A stretch of 64,000 bases of DNA from Azolla caroliniana (lineage: Eukaryota; Plantae; Polypodiophyta). Within the stretch, counting starts at the first letter, position 1, and each line of letters begins with the position of its first letter. Below, piece by piece: positions 47,423 to 59,785 of this stretch. The stretch lies in the NCBI GenBank assembly GCA_043228905.1, contig JBHGNT010000017.1:7812001-7876000 (forward strand), written 5' to 3'. The position numbers and the translations under genes were made by a program. The notes below the pieces were generated by a model. That model made no database searches, was not told the origin of the DNA, and saw nothing but the letters and a program-made list of their open reading frames with translations.

Positions 47423-50400
47423 GTGCAACGACCTAGAAACTGTCATACGCAGGTACTGAACAGAATCGAATGCTTCTTGATCTTCCGCATAGACGACCTC
47501 GTCTCCAACATCTGGTATCAGATCCTGCACAGTATTCGGTTCTTCAATCCGCTGTCGGACGTCGTCTCAGCCTGCACAGCATTCGGTTTCCTGCGTCATT
47601 CGAAGAAGAGAGAAGAAGAAGAAAAAAACGAGGCTTGCATCTCATCGCGTTAGATCATCTTCGCTTGGAGTAAGCCAGCCGGTTGTACTCTGTTTCTTGT
47701 GATCGTAACCGCTCGAGGTGAAATCCCCTTGTGCAACTTTGACACGATCGTGCTCCACTCGGTTAAACGGCATCCGAAGAGGTCATCAAACGCTGCTCGC
47801 CGCTCATTGTAACCACTCGGTGCAGATCGGTGTCAAGACAACAACCCCAATTCGTGCTTCATCCGGCTGATCGACATTCGAGAGGATCAGTTGGATCCGT
47901 CTCTCTCGTCGCTGCAGTCACCCGAAGCAGAATCGGTCCAAACAATCGGATTCAATAATCGGTATTTGGCATATATATTCGGAAGCGAACCGGGCTCACT
48001 CCGACTCGGCAACATTCGGGAAGACCAGTCGGTTCTGTCCCTCAAGTTACCGGAGTCAATTCGAGCAAGATCAACAATACATATATCCGAAGCCGAACCG
48101 ACTCGGGTTCAAATCCGACTAGAACGATACCGGGTGAGCCAACCGACTGCACTCCAACAAGGTTCGTAGTCAACTCCGAACCGAGCTTCGTCAACCCAAA
48201 CCAAATTTGATGGCATCAACATCCGGCTCGTCAGAAATGAGTCTACGAAAGTTCGATGGATCGAACTTCAACTTCTGGAAGGAGCAAATGCAGGACTATC
48301 TCATAGTCAAGGGGCAAATCGATCCCATCGAAAATGAAGAACCTCCAGAAGGATACAAACCAATTGAGTGGCAGAAGCTGGACAGAATCGTTCGCGCCAC
48401 GATTCGGATGCACCTATCGGAATCGGTATACTTTACGGTGCAATCGTGTACGACAGCATTCGAACTGTGGAAAACACTGTCGGACACCTACGAAAAGAAG
48501 GTCGCTGCAACGAAGATGTTTCTGATCCGGCGCCTCTACAACTTGCGGATGAAAGAATCCGATTCGGTTCAAGCACATCTCAATGAGTACGAAAGCATAA
48601 GCTCCCAAATCTCGTCACAGGGGACGGCAATCGAGGATGAACTCAGAGCAATGATACTCATGAGCAGCCTTCCCTCATCATGGGAAACTTTCGTCACAAC
48701 CGTGTGCGTCAACCACGACTGTTAAATACTCCGAAGTCACGAGCGCAATCCTGACCGAAGCAGCTCGGAGAAAGTCTTTCGCCAAAGACTCAACAGACGA
48801 CGCTTACGTAGTACAAGGTTCGACAGACTGATCGAACATACGAGGAAGAGATTCCTCACGGCCGCCGAACAATCAGCGAAGACGGAGCCAGTCACGGGAT
48901 AATCGAATCTGCAACTATTGCAAGAAACCCGGACACATCAAAGCCGACTGCCGCGCACTCAAGAACAAGAACGACAAGTCTCAGAGATCAGACAAGAAGA
49001 GTGGCCGGCATGAGGAGATCAATTACGTCAGCTTCTCAGCTGATGTGCTACCAAACGACCCGAATATACTATCAATCGAAAATCCAGTCGGATCAGAAGT
49101 TCTGCTCACGACTGAAGAATCGAGCACATGGCTCTTAGATTCAGGCGCGTCATTTCACGTGACTCCTCATCGATCCCAATTTCGGCAATATACGATCCGT
49201 CACTCCGACTCAGTTCGAGTCGGTAACTCGCAACACTGTGACATCATTGGAATCGGCACAGTAGAGCTCAACCTTGCAGGTGGCTCTACACTTGTACTTC
49301 ACAATGTCCGACATGTACCCGAGCTCTCAAGGCCATTGATCTCAGTCGGACAACTAGATGAAGACGGCATTCGTGCCGGTTTTTCTTCGGGAGGGTGGAC
49401 ACTCCACAGGGGGAACCTCCTGCTTGCTAGAGGACCCAAGATACACTCACTGTATCCGTTACATGTTACGCTCAGAGAGGGTAACCTGTTTTTGGTGGAT
49501 ATTCCTGTGTCATCACTATGGCACAGAAGATTAGGACACCTCAGCAAGGCCGGCATTACGCATCTATCTAGAGCCGGATACATCCCTAAACTCTCCTTCT
49601 CCGACCATCAATTCTGCGAGCATTGCCAGTATGGCAAACAAGCAGCCGCATCACACCCGACATCAGCACCAAGAGAAACGAGACCTCTCGATTTGGTCCA
49701 CTCGGACGTCTGTGGCCCAATGCCGCATCAGTCTCTCGGCGGTGCCTCTTACTTCGTCAGTTTTATTGACGATTCGACTCGAAAGGTGTGGGCTTATCCA
49801 ATTCGCACCAAAGATCGTGTCTTCTCGATCTTCTCCGATTGGCTCGCTATGGTAGAAAATCAAACCGACCGAAAACTGAAATGCTTTCGGACCGACAATG
49901 GGGGAGAGTTCAAATCAGAAGAATTCGTCAAATTCTGCCGACAACGCGGCATCCGACGTGAATTTACGGCACCACACAGTCCGGAGCAAAACGGGATTGC
50001 CGAACGCATGAATCGGACAATCCAAGAATGGATAGTTTCCATGCTCCAACACTCCGGACTGTTAGATGGCTTCTGGGCTGAGGCTCTACTCACGGCAGTA
50101 CACATAATCAATATGTCGCCAAGCAGACCTCTAGGACTTCAAATTCCTCAGGAACTATGGATCGGCAGTAAGCCGAATTACGACAAGCTGAGGATCTTCG
50201 GATGCGAGGCGTACGCCCTTATTCCGAAAGATGATCGCCGAAAACTTGCACCTCGGTCCAGGAAATGCATTTTCCTTGGATATGGATCCGACGGCGAAAT
50301 GGGATACCGACTCTGGGATCCCGAACGCAGACAAATCGTCCGAAGTTCGGACGTTGTGTTCAACGAGTCGGCTATGAATCCATCAGTCAAAACACCGATC

Positions 50401-52606
50401 GAAGTCGGAAGGGTAACATTTTCCGATGTGCCGACCCTTCAAGAACGCCCCGCTCTTAACACACGGTCAGCTTCACGGGTAGCTGAACCTTACACTACCG
50501 ATTCGGACAACTCTGACTCGGCACAACAGCTTTCGGACCATCCGACCTCGATACCCGATGCGACCAGTCCAATCATACCTCGACGATCCGAGAGACTGTC
50601 GCAACCTCCGAAGAGGTATTCTCCTGGAATTTTCTTCACCGACGCCGGCGAACCGACGTCTTACGAAGAAGCATCGACATCTGTCGATTCCGCCACCTGG
50701 CATCTGGCGATGGAGTCGGAAATGCACTCCATTCGGGCAAACAAGACTTGGGATCTGGTCGAATTACCTAGGAACCGACGTGCTCTTCCTTGCAAGTGGG
50801 TTTATCGACTAAAAGAGACGTCTGATTCGACCACCCCAAAGTACAAGGCCAGATTAGTTGCGAAGGGCTTCCGACAAGAATATGGCGTCGACTTCGACGA
50901 GATTTTTTCACCAGTGGTGAAAATGACAACCCTTCGTTTTCTACTCGGCGTAGTGGCAGCCGACAACTTGGAGCTGATTCAGCTAGATGTCAAAACAACA
51001 TTCCTCCATGGTGATCTTGAAGAGGAAATTTATATGGAGCAGCCAAAAGGCTTCGTGGCAACTGGCCAAGAACATCTAGTCTGCCGACTCAGGAAGAGTC
51101 TATACGGCCTCAAACAGGCACCGCGACAATGGTACAAGAAGTTCGACGACTTCATCCAATCGATTGGCTTCTCAAAAAGCGATGAGGACCATTGTTTTTT
51201 TACCAACACAGCTCAAGATGGATCACCCATCTTCCTCATCATTTACGTGGACGACATGCTAATTTCTGGACGCCACGCGGGCGAACTTGCCGATCTCATT
51301 CGGCAACTGCGGTTGAAGTTTGCCATGAAGGACCTCGGTCCGGCACGACACATACTTGGCATGAAGATTAGTCGGCATCGTGATCAACGACATCTTTTTT
51401 TGTCTCAGACCGACTATATCGGACGTGTCTTGGAACGCTTCAACATGCAATCAGCCAAATCTGCTTCAACCCCGCTCCCCATGAATCTTCGGCTCTCTTA
51501 GCGAGACTGCCCGACATCCGGTCCGGAGGGGGAAGATATGAAGTCGGTACCGTATGCACCGGCAGTCGGCTCCCTTATGTACCTGATGGTCGCGACACGG
51601 CCTGATATTTCTCATGCCGTAGGAGTCGTTAGCAGATTTATGCACAATCCTGGCCGATCGCATTGGAACGAAGTCAAGCATGTGTTCAAATATCTGGCTG
51701 GCACAAAAGACCACGGCATTCTTTTCGGTCCGAACTCAACTACAGGCGTAGTCGGTTACACCGACTCGGACTTCGCCGGCTGTATAGACAGTCGGAAATC
51801 AACAACGGGATACTGCTTCAAATTCGGCAATGGAGCAATTTCGTGGAAGTCGAAACTTCAGGAGTGCACAGCAACCTCAACGACCGAAGCAGAATATGTA
51901 GCTGCGTTCGACGCTGCAAAAGAAGCTTTGTGGCTCGGCCGGCTGGCGCACACGTTTCGACAAGTCGACCATGACTCGGCCCCAGTTGTCTATAGCGACA
52001 GTCAAGGTGTTGTTGCCTTGTCGAAAAATCCGGTTCACCACAACGCCTCCAAACATATCGACGTTCGATATCACTTCGTTCGGGACTGCGTCATTTCAGG
52101 GAAAATCGGTCTAGAGAAAATATCCACAACCGACAATGTCGCAGATGGAATGACCAAGTGTCTTTCGGCAGACCGCTTTCGGTCCCTTCGGCATCAGATG
52201 GGCGTAACGACAAACCAGTCCGGTTAGAGCCGGACACATCGCAGGATAGTTTCCGACAACCGACATCAGTTCCTTAATGATCGGCTTCAACTCTTCCGAC
52301 CCGACCAGTTCGGTCTTCTGCCTTCGGACCCTGCCGACTCGAACAAAACCGATATGTCCGAGAACCTAGGTTTATGCCTGTAATCTTAGATAACCCATGT
52401 ATACACCCATTATGGGGGAGTGTCGAATACAAGTGTATAATGGACGTATTCACACTATCCCTTTGTATAGATCAAGTTTGGGCCATTTGTGTAATTAGCA
52501 TAAATGGTAGATGCCCTAAGTCTGTCACTATATATAGTGACCTTGTAACCTTCTTGTAAGGTTGGGTTGTATTATTGCTTTATGGAATAGAAAGAGTCGT
52601 TTTGTG

Positions 52607-52649
<43 letters not shown>

Positions 52650-52737
52650 GTGCAACGACCTAGAAACTGTCATACGCAGGTACTGAACAGAATCGAATGC
52701 TTCTTGATCTTCCGCATAGACGACCTCGTCTCCAACA
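47188..52737 (+). mobile_element. Young Ty1/copia nested in gypsy integrase
   Basis: LTRs 47188..47510 and 52421..52737 differ only in the C/CT tract by eye. TSD CAAAC. PBS TGGTATCAGA 47513..47522. PPT GGGGGAG before 52421. Confidence 0.97.
48207..52227 (+). pseudogene. Copia gag-pol with 3 lesions (frameshift ~48705, TGA 48829, TAG 51499)
   Basis: [78 protein letters not shown]. Confidence 0.95.
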
Positions 52738-53017
52738 CAAACCATATTGAAGAAGATCGTCAATGAACATAGGACCGATTGGGATGACAAACTCCAGAGC
52801 GCGTTGTGGGCGTATCGTACGACTTTCAAAACAAGCATCCAATCAACCCCCTTTCGAATGGCGTTCGGGTTAGAAGTCGTAATGCCCGTCGAGTTCCAAG
52901 TCCTGAGCCTCCGAGTTCAAATCAAAGCACGGCTCCCCGAGGCCCAATCCGAGCAATACCGGCTGGAACAACTTCTCGAACTCGGTGAAGACAGGATAGA
53001 GAGTATAGCCCAGCTCG

Positions 53018-53414
53018 TGTTGGGAGACAGGTCCCTCCGGATGGGAAGGGAGAAGAACAGTGCCAACGAAACCAGATGAGGAGTACCCGGCTATGGAGAG
53101 CCGGATGGTGCAAACCCGGTATGAACTGGATGAGGAGTACCCGGCTACGGAGAGCCGGATGGTGCAGACCCGGTATGAACCGGATGAGGAATACCCGGCT
53201 ACAGAGAGCCAGATGGTGCAGACCCGGTATGAACCGGATGAGGAGTACCCGGCTACGGAGAGCCGATGGTGCAGACCCGGTATGAACCGGATGAGGAGAC
53301 TATATTTGTAAATAGCCGAAAAGTCATATTAGTATAAATATGACTTAGGGCAAAATTTTAGCAAGTTGTTGTCATTTTTCTTGTTGGTGCAAGAATAGAG
53401 AGTGCACGTAACTG

Positions 53415-53463
<49 letters not shown>

Positions 53464-53740
53464 GTCGTTGCCTCTGTTGTAACCGCCGCCTGTGGCGAAG
53501 ATCTGTGAGCACGAGGTCGGTGCCTCAGTGAACTTACTGTTGTATATTCTAACCTAGTGATAGTTTGCAGCCTGTGGGCTGCCGTGGTTTTTTCCCCTAG
53601 TTTGGGGTTTTCCACGTAAACATCTTGTGTACCTCCTCTCTCCTTTTGTGTCGCGTGTTTTTCGTTTCCTGTTTTCTGTGTAAGAAAAGAATCTCGGTTG
53701 TGGCCGAGCGTTGGACATAAGGAGCGTTGAGTTCCCGTCA
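53018..53740 (+). mobile_element. Solo LTR (probably copia-type) nested in gypsy integrase, with a 54-bp x ~4.2 tandem array (53070..53298)
   Basis: TGTTGGGA...TCCCGTCA ends, TSD GCTCG/GCTTG, TATAAATA at 53333, CCGTGGTTTT..GGTTTTCCACGTAAA motif. The host frame AQL|EQRQ rejoins when it is removed. Confidence 0.9.
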
Positions 53741-54601
53741 GCTTGAACAACGCCAACGACAACGCAAGGCTTTCGTGGATCGACATCGAAACGGGCTGGA
53801 GAAGGAGCTCACCATCCGCAAACCGGTTCTTCTTTTTCAAACACGACTTGGGTCAATGCCGGGAAAATTAAGATTTCGGTGGAGCGGTCCATTCTGGATT
53901 ATCGACGAGTTCAACGGGACGTTCCAGCTTAGCACACTCACCGGCGACACTGTCAAAAGCTGGGCCAATGGTTTCCGACTTCGACCATATCGAGGCACTA
54001 CACCACCCTACCCGTTTACCGAGCCACACGGCACAAACGAGTTTCGGGAGACCACCACGGAGGAGGCCACGTGTCCCCCTTAATAAGGACTCACCCATCT
54101 TCTTGATATTAATAAAGTAGGTAGGATTAACCATACTTTAGCCACCGATTAGCTACACCTACACCACCCACCTAGGCACCCACAAATTTAGGAGCACCCC
54201 TTGCCACCTCTCATTTAGTACCTATTTAAGAACATGCAAAGCACTGGAAGCACCCCACTCACCTTTAGGACACGTGGCGCTAGTCACTTATTATGGCACC
54301 CACGACTCAGAATCTTCAGGATTCGCTTCGAGCACAAAACCCTAGGAGTAAGTTACTAAAACCGTTTCCAAAATGCAACGAAGACACAGAAGTTCATTAT
54401 CACTCCTAATCTCCATCGCTCTCAAGCTCAGAAGCCCCTTCTCACTCTCATCGCTCTAAACGCTCTTGCTCTCAAGCCCTCTTTCGCTCTCATAGCCCCT
54501 CTGCTGAACTTCCCCTTCCTGTTGTTCCTCCTCTGTCTCGCCCTCGCCTCATCACTCTTCTTCACTCTTCCACACAGTCAAACCCCGTCTCCATCTTCAC
54601 C

Positions 54602-57600
54602 ATGCCTCTTACCGCTTCAACAGAAACTCGCGCCTAGCTCCAGGAACAAGGAATGGGCAGTTACCTGAAGATCATCGATGCCCCCGCGCACCCAGATGCC
54701 CAAGGAGTGGCTAAATGTATTTGTCTCGAAGCCATCACCAACAACGTGCTTCGGGCTGTTTTGGACCTGCAACGGGGAGGGGACCATGAGGTCGACATAC
54801 CCCTGGCATTGAAGCTGAAAGAGTACTTCGGTGAGTACTCAGCCTCAGGGAAGGCATATCACACGTATGGCGGTCCCAACAGAGCTTTCGGGGAGATTGC
54901 TCGTATATTGATGGAGTATGCGTTCGTGCATACGAACCCGACGAGCATGCCGCAGAACAAGGCATCCATCATCATCAGCGCGTATGAAGGAAACAGAGTC
55001 GATTGGGGAATCATCACAGGCGAAGGACTTCGCGCCGCCTTAGCCTCATTCTAGTCTGGTAAGAAGATGTTGTCTGTTCTTACCCACTTTTTGATGGTTC
55101 TATACCCACCCTCTTCTCTTCCTTCCCCTCGCACACTCACGTCCCCACCACCACCACGAAGGCAGAGAGAGAAATTTGTTGCCATCAGCCACGAAGCATG
55201 GGAGGGGCCCACATCACCTTCACCTCCTGCCGCTGACCAAAATCCCGCATTGGCACCACCACCTACCCAACCCCAACAGAAAAGGGCAGTTTCCGAGACC
55301 TGCCAAGAATGGGAGGAGGAGATAGCCACGGAGGACAACACGGCAGACGATGTCACCATTCGACAACCAATGCCGCGCTCCTCGGTAACTTCCCCAGGGC
55401 CTAGCCCATGCCCCAATACACAGCAAGCAGCACCACCACGACCCCAGAAAAGGAAGCAGGCGGAGGAAACGACACTACCGGCCCCGGAATCCCAAACCCA
55501 ACTGAGCAAGAGAAGATGACTCAACCGCGAGTCCTCGGTAGAACAGAAAGAGCCACAATAGGAGCAAGCCTTAGTTGTCAGCCAGAGCAACCTGGCCATC
55601 ATCCCTGAGGAGGCATCGCTCAACTCGGGAAAGATCGAGCATGGGCAGACAACGCAGATCTTGGAGGATGAAGTCCTCGGGTATAAAGACCTCCCCGCGG
55701 AGGCTTACGAATTTAGTGTGCTCCTACGCCTCGGTACGACATTCGAGCTGGTCGACTTCCTCGCCAGATCCCAAGTCACGGCAGCCGCTCGAATGGCGGA
55801 AGAGCATGCCGAAACAAAAATGATTCAACGCGCGCTATTAGGTGAAATTGAGCCCCAGGACGATAGGGCTTTACAAAAAATAGGGAGAAAGAAGCAGGCA
55901 AAACATGCCGCTCTCCTCATGGAGGTCCCCGAGTTGAACACGGCCCTTATCGAGGCATATAGGGTCCTGGATCGCATTACGCGGGCAGCCAAAGACATGG
56001 CCCGAAAGATAAAAATAGCCCAAAAACAGGCTAAGGTGGCTGCGGAATTATGGCACGCTGCGAAACAGAAACTGGCAGCCTGGGAGCAAAACCGGTCGGA
56101 ACAACAACTCTTGAGCCTTCCGGCCACGACCACCGAGGCCCTCCCAACCCCTCCACGCATAACAATGATGGATGAAAGCACCGTCACGGATTCAATCATG
56201 ACGATCCAGGCCAGCACACAAACGGACTCGTTACAAATGGTCGATGTCTGCACAACAACCGAGGCAGTCACGCCCATGGAGAAGACCGAGATACCACCCC
56301 CTTGTCCACCTAAGGAGGTGGCAACCCAGAAAAAACCCCCGCTCCGGGATTACCGAGCGGAGCTTAAAGAAGAACAACGGCGAACCGAGAGACACGAACA
56401 ACGACATTAGGAGGCGATGGCTCGCTTAAAAGAAGAAGCTTCCAAGCAGATGGCCGAGATTAGAGCCCAGGACGACCAAAGGATACACGAGCAGAACGAA
56501 GCACTGGGCCGGGTACAAGCGCAAGCCGCGGGCAAAGAAGCAGAACTCAAAAGCAAGCTGGAGGAATACGCGGCCACAATGACAGAGAAAGAGGAGGTCC
56601 TAGACCTACAAGCCGCGCTCGACAATGCGAAAGACTGGAACCAACGGCAGGAGGAAAGAAATCACCAACGGGAGGAGAGAATGATCGCGGAGAATGCCGA
56701 GCTACAGAGTCAGCGTACGACCCTTAAAGAAATGGCTGACGAGTTTTTCATCAAATGCAAGCTACTTTCGAAGCAAAAAGACGAATTATCTGATTCCTAC
56801 TTTGCCCTACAAGAAGAGAGAATCGTCGAACGGGAACAAGTCCGGGCCGCGTGTCAAAAAGAATGGGAGAAAGCTACCGAAGAACTCACCAAGAATTACG
56901 AGCAGTCTATCCAGCTCGTAATCGTGGATGCAAAGAACACTCAAGCTACCTATGAACTACTAGCAAAGAAGCTTCAGGCCGAGGTCAATGGCTTAAAACA
57001 GGAATTAGCAACCGTCCGAGCACAACCCAGCATGGATGAGACACGCATCAGAATACTGATCGAGAAACAGCGCCAACACCTCACCAAAAAGGTCGAGGAA
57101 GCATTAAGTCACGCAGGAGACGAATGGGCAACCCAAGCTGCCGAATTACATATTTTATGCGCCGACGCCGAGAACTGATGGAAGAAGGGCCGCGGCTTTT
57201 ACAAAATGGACGAAGCCAGCATACAAAACCTGCGTGCAGATTTAACCGAGGATTACCAGTCCTTGGCAAAATCTCACACCGCGGCAATCGAGCAAATATT
57301 GGAGGACTTCAATGACGGCCAGATGATGTTTCTCCTGGAAGCAGAAGCCTTCGAACGAGAACGACTCGCAGCCATCCCAACCAGCCCTCCAACGGCCATA
57401 GAGACGAAGGAAGAACCTTCTAGCGAGGGGATCACGGACACGACACAGGAGGAACTCGCCCCGGCCAACAGACCTCCCGAGGACGCCCACAGGTACCAAA
57501 TCCAGTCGAAGTAGAGGTCAGCGCCCTCGAACCCACACCCCCACTAGAAGAATCGGCCGCACCTGAGGCGGACGCCCGAGAAGATATGACACCCCCGGAC

Positions 57601-57693
57601 CAAACTCAACCCCCCGCACCGACAGTCCAACCAGACTACCCTGCCACCGCCCCGAACCCCGAAAACATCCTCAACATCTTAAAAGAGAAATGA
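54602..57693 (+). pseudogene. Extra 3' ORF of the gypsy element (~1030 codons): globular N-terminus, Pro-rich linker, long coiled coil
   Basis: ORF-track fragments 54653, 55067, 55661, 56417 and 57206 share one frame and are separated by point stops. One frameshift near 57490. Confidence 0.85.
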
Positions 57694-57747
57694 AACGAGG
57701 ATCACGCCTAAAAGGCAATTTTTGTAATATTGTTAGTATTTTGTAAA

Positions 57748-57789
57748 TCGTGGGTCCGACGGACAAGGGCCTGTCCCACGGGCGTGCCA
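57748..57789 (+). other. tRNA 3'-end mimic (T-arm-like hairpin + GGGCGTG-CCA) occupying the PPT position
   Basis: CGTGGG..CCCACG stem. Ends GTCCCACGGGCGTGCCA two nt before the 3' LTR. Its reverse complement TGGCACGCCCGTGGGAC is PBS-like. Confidence 0.75.
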
Positions 57790-57791
57790 GG

Positions 57792-58250
57792 TGTTGTCCA
57801 GAGGACAGAAATGTAAAATTAGGAAATTAGCAAACGTTGAGTCCGAGTATCACGGGCCACCGACGGCTCGGCTGTGTATTAGGGGAAAACGTTATTTAAA
57901 CGAGGTCCAGTACCTCAGAGCGAGAGAGAGAAAAAATATAGGCGGAAGCACTAGCTTAGTCCATCGTAACTAGATAATCTTGTAAGGTCACCGGCCGTAG
58001 GCCATGTTCTGTAATCCTTTTTCTGTCGCAGTAATATATCTTATTTGTGCCCATTTTGCTCCATGTGTCTGTGCTTTGGTTCATACCTATGATTTCAGCG
58101 TCGTCCACGCCTATGAAGATCTCGCTAGTGTTTTATCTCTAATCATTTTCTCCCTCACGACACCTCTGTTACGATCCTTCACGTACCACGCCCTTGAGTA
58201 CCGATAGCCGCAGATCTATCGAAGGTGTTCACCCAAAGGAACGGGTAACA
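57792..58250 (+). repeat. 3' LTR
   Basis: Matches 41882..42338 and is followed by TSD ATGGG. Confidence 0.96.
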
Positions 58251-59102
58251 ATGGGCACGCCCAAAACGCTCCCTCGTCACAAGACAATTGAACGTACAAG
58301 GGGACGAGAATTAAAGAAAGAAAACACGAATGACATTGGCTAAAGAAGTGGATATGTAAGTTCGATTGCAATGCAAGAATGCCCTTTATAAAATAGGGTT
58401 TGATTACAATGTGGCGACTTCTAGTCAACCACAAGCTCAACAAAACATAAATACTAAAAATGCCCTTCGAGACAAGAGCAAATCCGAACATCGAGCACGA
58501 ACACGAAGAAGACGAGCGCACGAGCACACCACATCACAAAAATGCCGACCCCAACGAACCATGACCACCCGAACAACAAGCACACGGGCTCGCAATGACG
58601 AACGTGGGAGCAACACTGAACCAACGAGGCTCGAGCTCATGAGCACCGTAAACGACCCGAGCACTTCAAGCATCGACACGAAGAAGACGAGCACGTGGCG
58701 ATGAGGGGATGAAGGGATATGAGATGAAAAAAAATGGTGAAGATGAAGATGAAGAGCTCTGAAAGAAAAACGGCGATAGTCTCCTCCTCCCAAAACGTCC
58801 TCCCAAATGAGCCCCCCTTGACCTCCTTTTATAGGAAAAAAAGGGAAGGGGGGTCACCACATTCGTCTTCAATGCAAAAGGAATAAAATTCCTTAAATCA
58901 CACTACATTGTCAGACCAGATTTGAACCGTGCACCTTTAGCTAAGAGTCAATATATTTATCTACTACCCCATTAACTCCCTATTATTTACAATATAATCT
59001 TAATTTACAAATCCACAGTGTGTCTCCTCCCTACTTTTCATCTCCCCTCTCTCTTACTTTTCATCTCTCCTCTCTCTCACTTTCATATCTCCTCTCTCTT
59101 AG

Positions 59103-59785
59103 CTAAGAGTCAGGTGTTGCACATCCCAAAACCATCGCTAGGATGGGAAGGCAATCCGTCTCTTTTACCAACTCTAACCCGATTAGGTAATCTTTATCCG
59201 CCTTCACCATGAACACAATACCCCAAATCTCACATTTTACTTGGGTGTATCCTCGTTGTCGCTCGCTTAAGACCTTGGCTTCGAACTGGATGGCGTAGCG
59301 TGCACCATCCTCTCTTTCTTGGTTGATGACCCATCTGATCCCTGTTGGACTCGTATCTACCGTCATGTAGATGGGCACCCCTTCCTTGTATATGGCTTCT
59401 CGTAAAGCTGGTGCAGCTACCAACATTCCTTTGAGCCTCTTCATTGCCTCTGTGTGCTCTTCCTCCCACTTGAGCTTCCGCCCTTTCTTGAGTAGCCCAT
59501 ACAAAGGCTTGGCTAGGTGAGCATAGTGCGGGATCTAGATGTGGTAGAATGCACCAGCACCAAGAAATCACATCACCTTTGTCTGCGATTTACATTCTTC
59601 CCCATGTTGTGATGGCGTCCACCTTTGCCGGGGATGACTTCCATTCGTATGCCCCGCACAAGTGTCCCACCACAACAATCTCTGGTTGGCTGAATGCCGA
59701 TTTCTCACCCGAGAAGGTCAAGTGTGTATCTTCGAGTCTTTGTAGAACCTTCCCGCAATCGGAGATGTGATCTACCACAAAATGT
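59103..59785 (-). pseudogene. Gypsy RT C-terminus/RNase H fragment
   Basis: HFVVDHISDCGKVLQRLEDTHLTFSGEKS, VDTSPTGI, YTQVKCEIWG, ETDCLPI. Confidence 0.85.

Larger units (their letters stand above)
42632..54083 (+). pseudogene. gag-pol: 42632..47187 + 52743..53017 + 53746..54083, several in-frame stops
   Basis: gag, three Cys/His knuckles, PR IIDGGSGVN, RT FLDGFSGYNQI/FLDDF, RH DASNIAIG/TEREAL/VDHSAL, INT HHCC + [22 protein letters not shown]-terminal RWSGPF. Confidence 0.93.
41882..58250 (+). mobile_element. Non-chromovirus Ty3/gypsy LTR retrotransposon (Athila/OTA-like, no aRH) with extra 3' ORF and two nested inserts
   Basis: LTRs 41882..42338 and 57792..58250 (TG..CA, roughly 17 substitutions by eye). 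Perfect TSD ATGGG. gag-PR-RT-RH-INT order. Confidence 0.96.

Noticed and set aside
53060-53311. ORF with 18-aa repeats, and CRISPR-like appearance of the array
   Set aside because: Head-to-tail 54-bp repeats with no unique spacers inside a solo LTR. The ORF is a by-product of the repeat.
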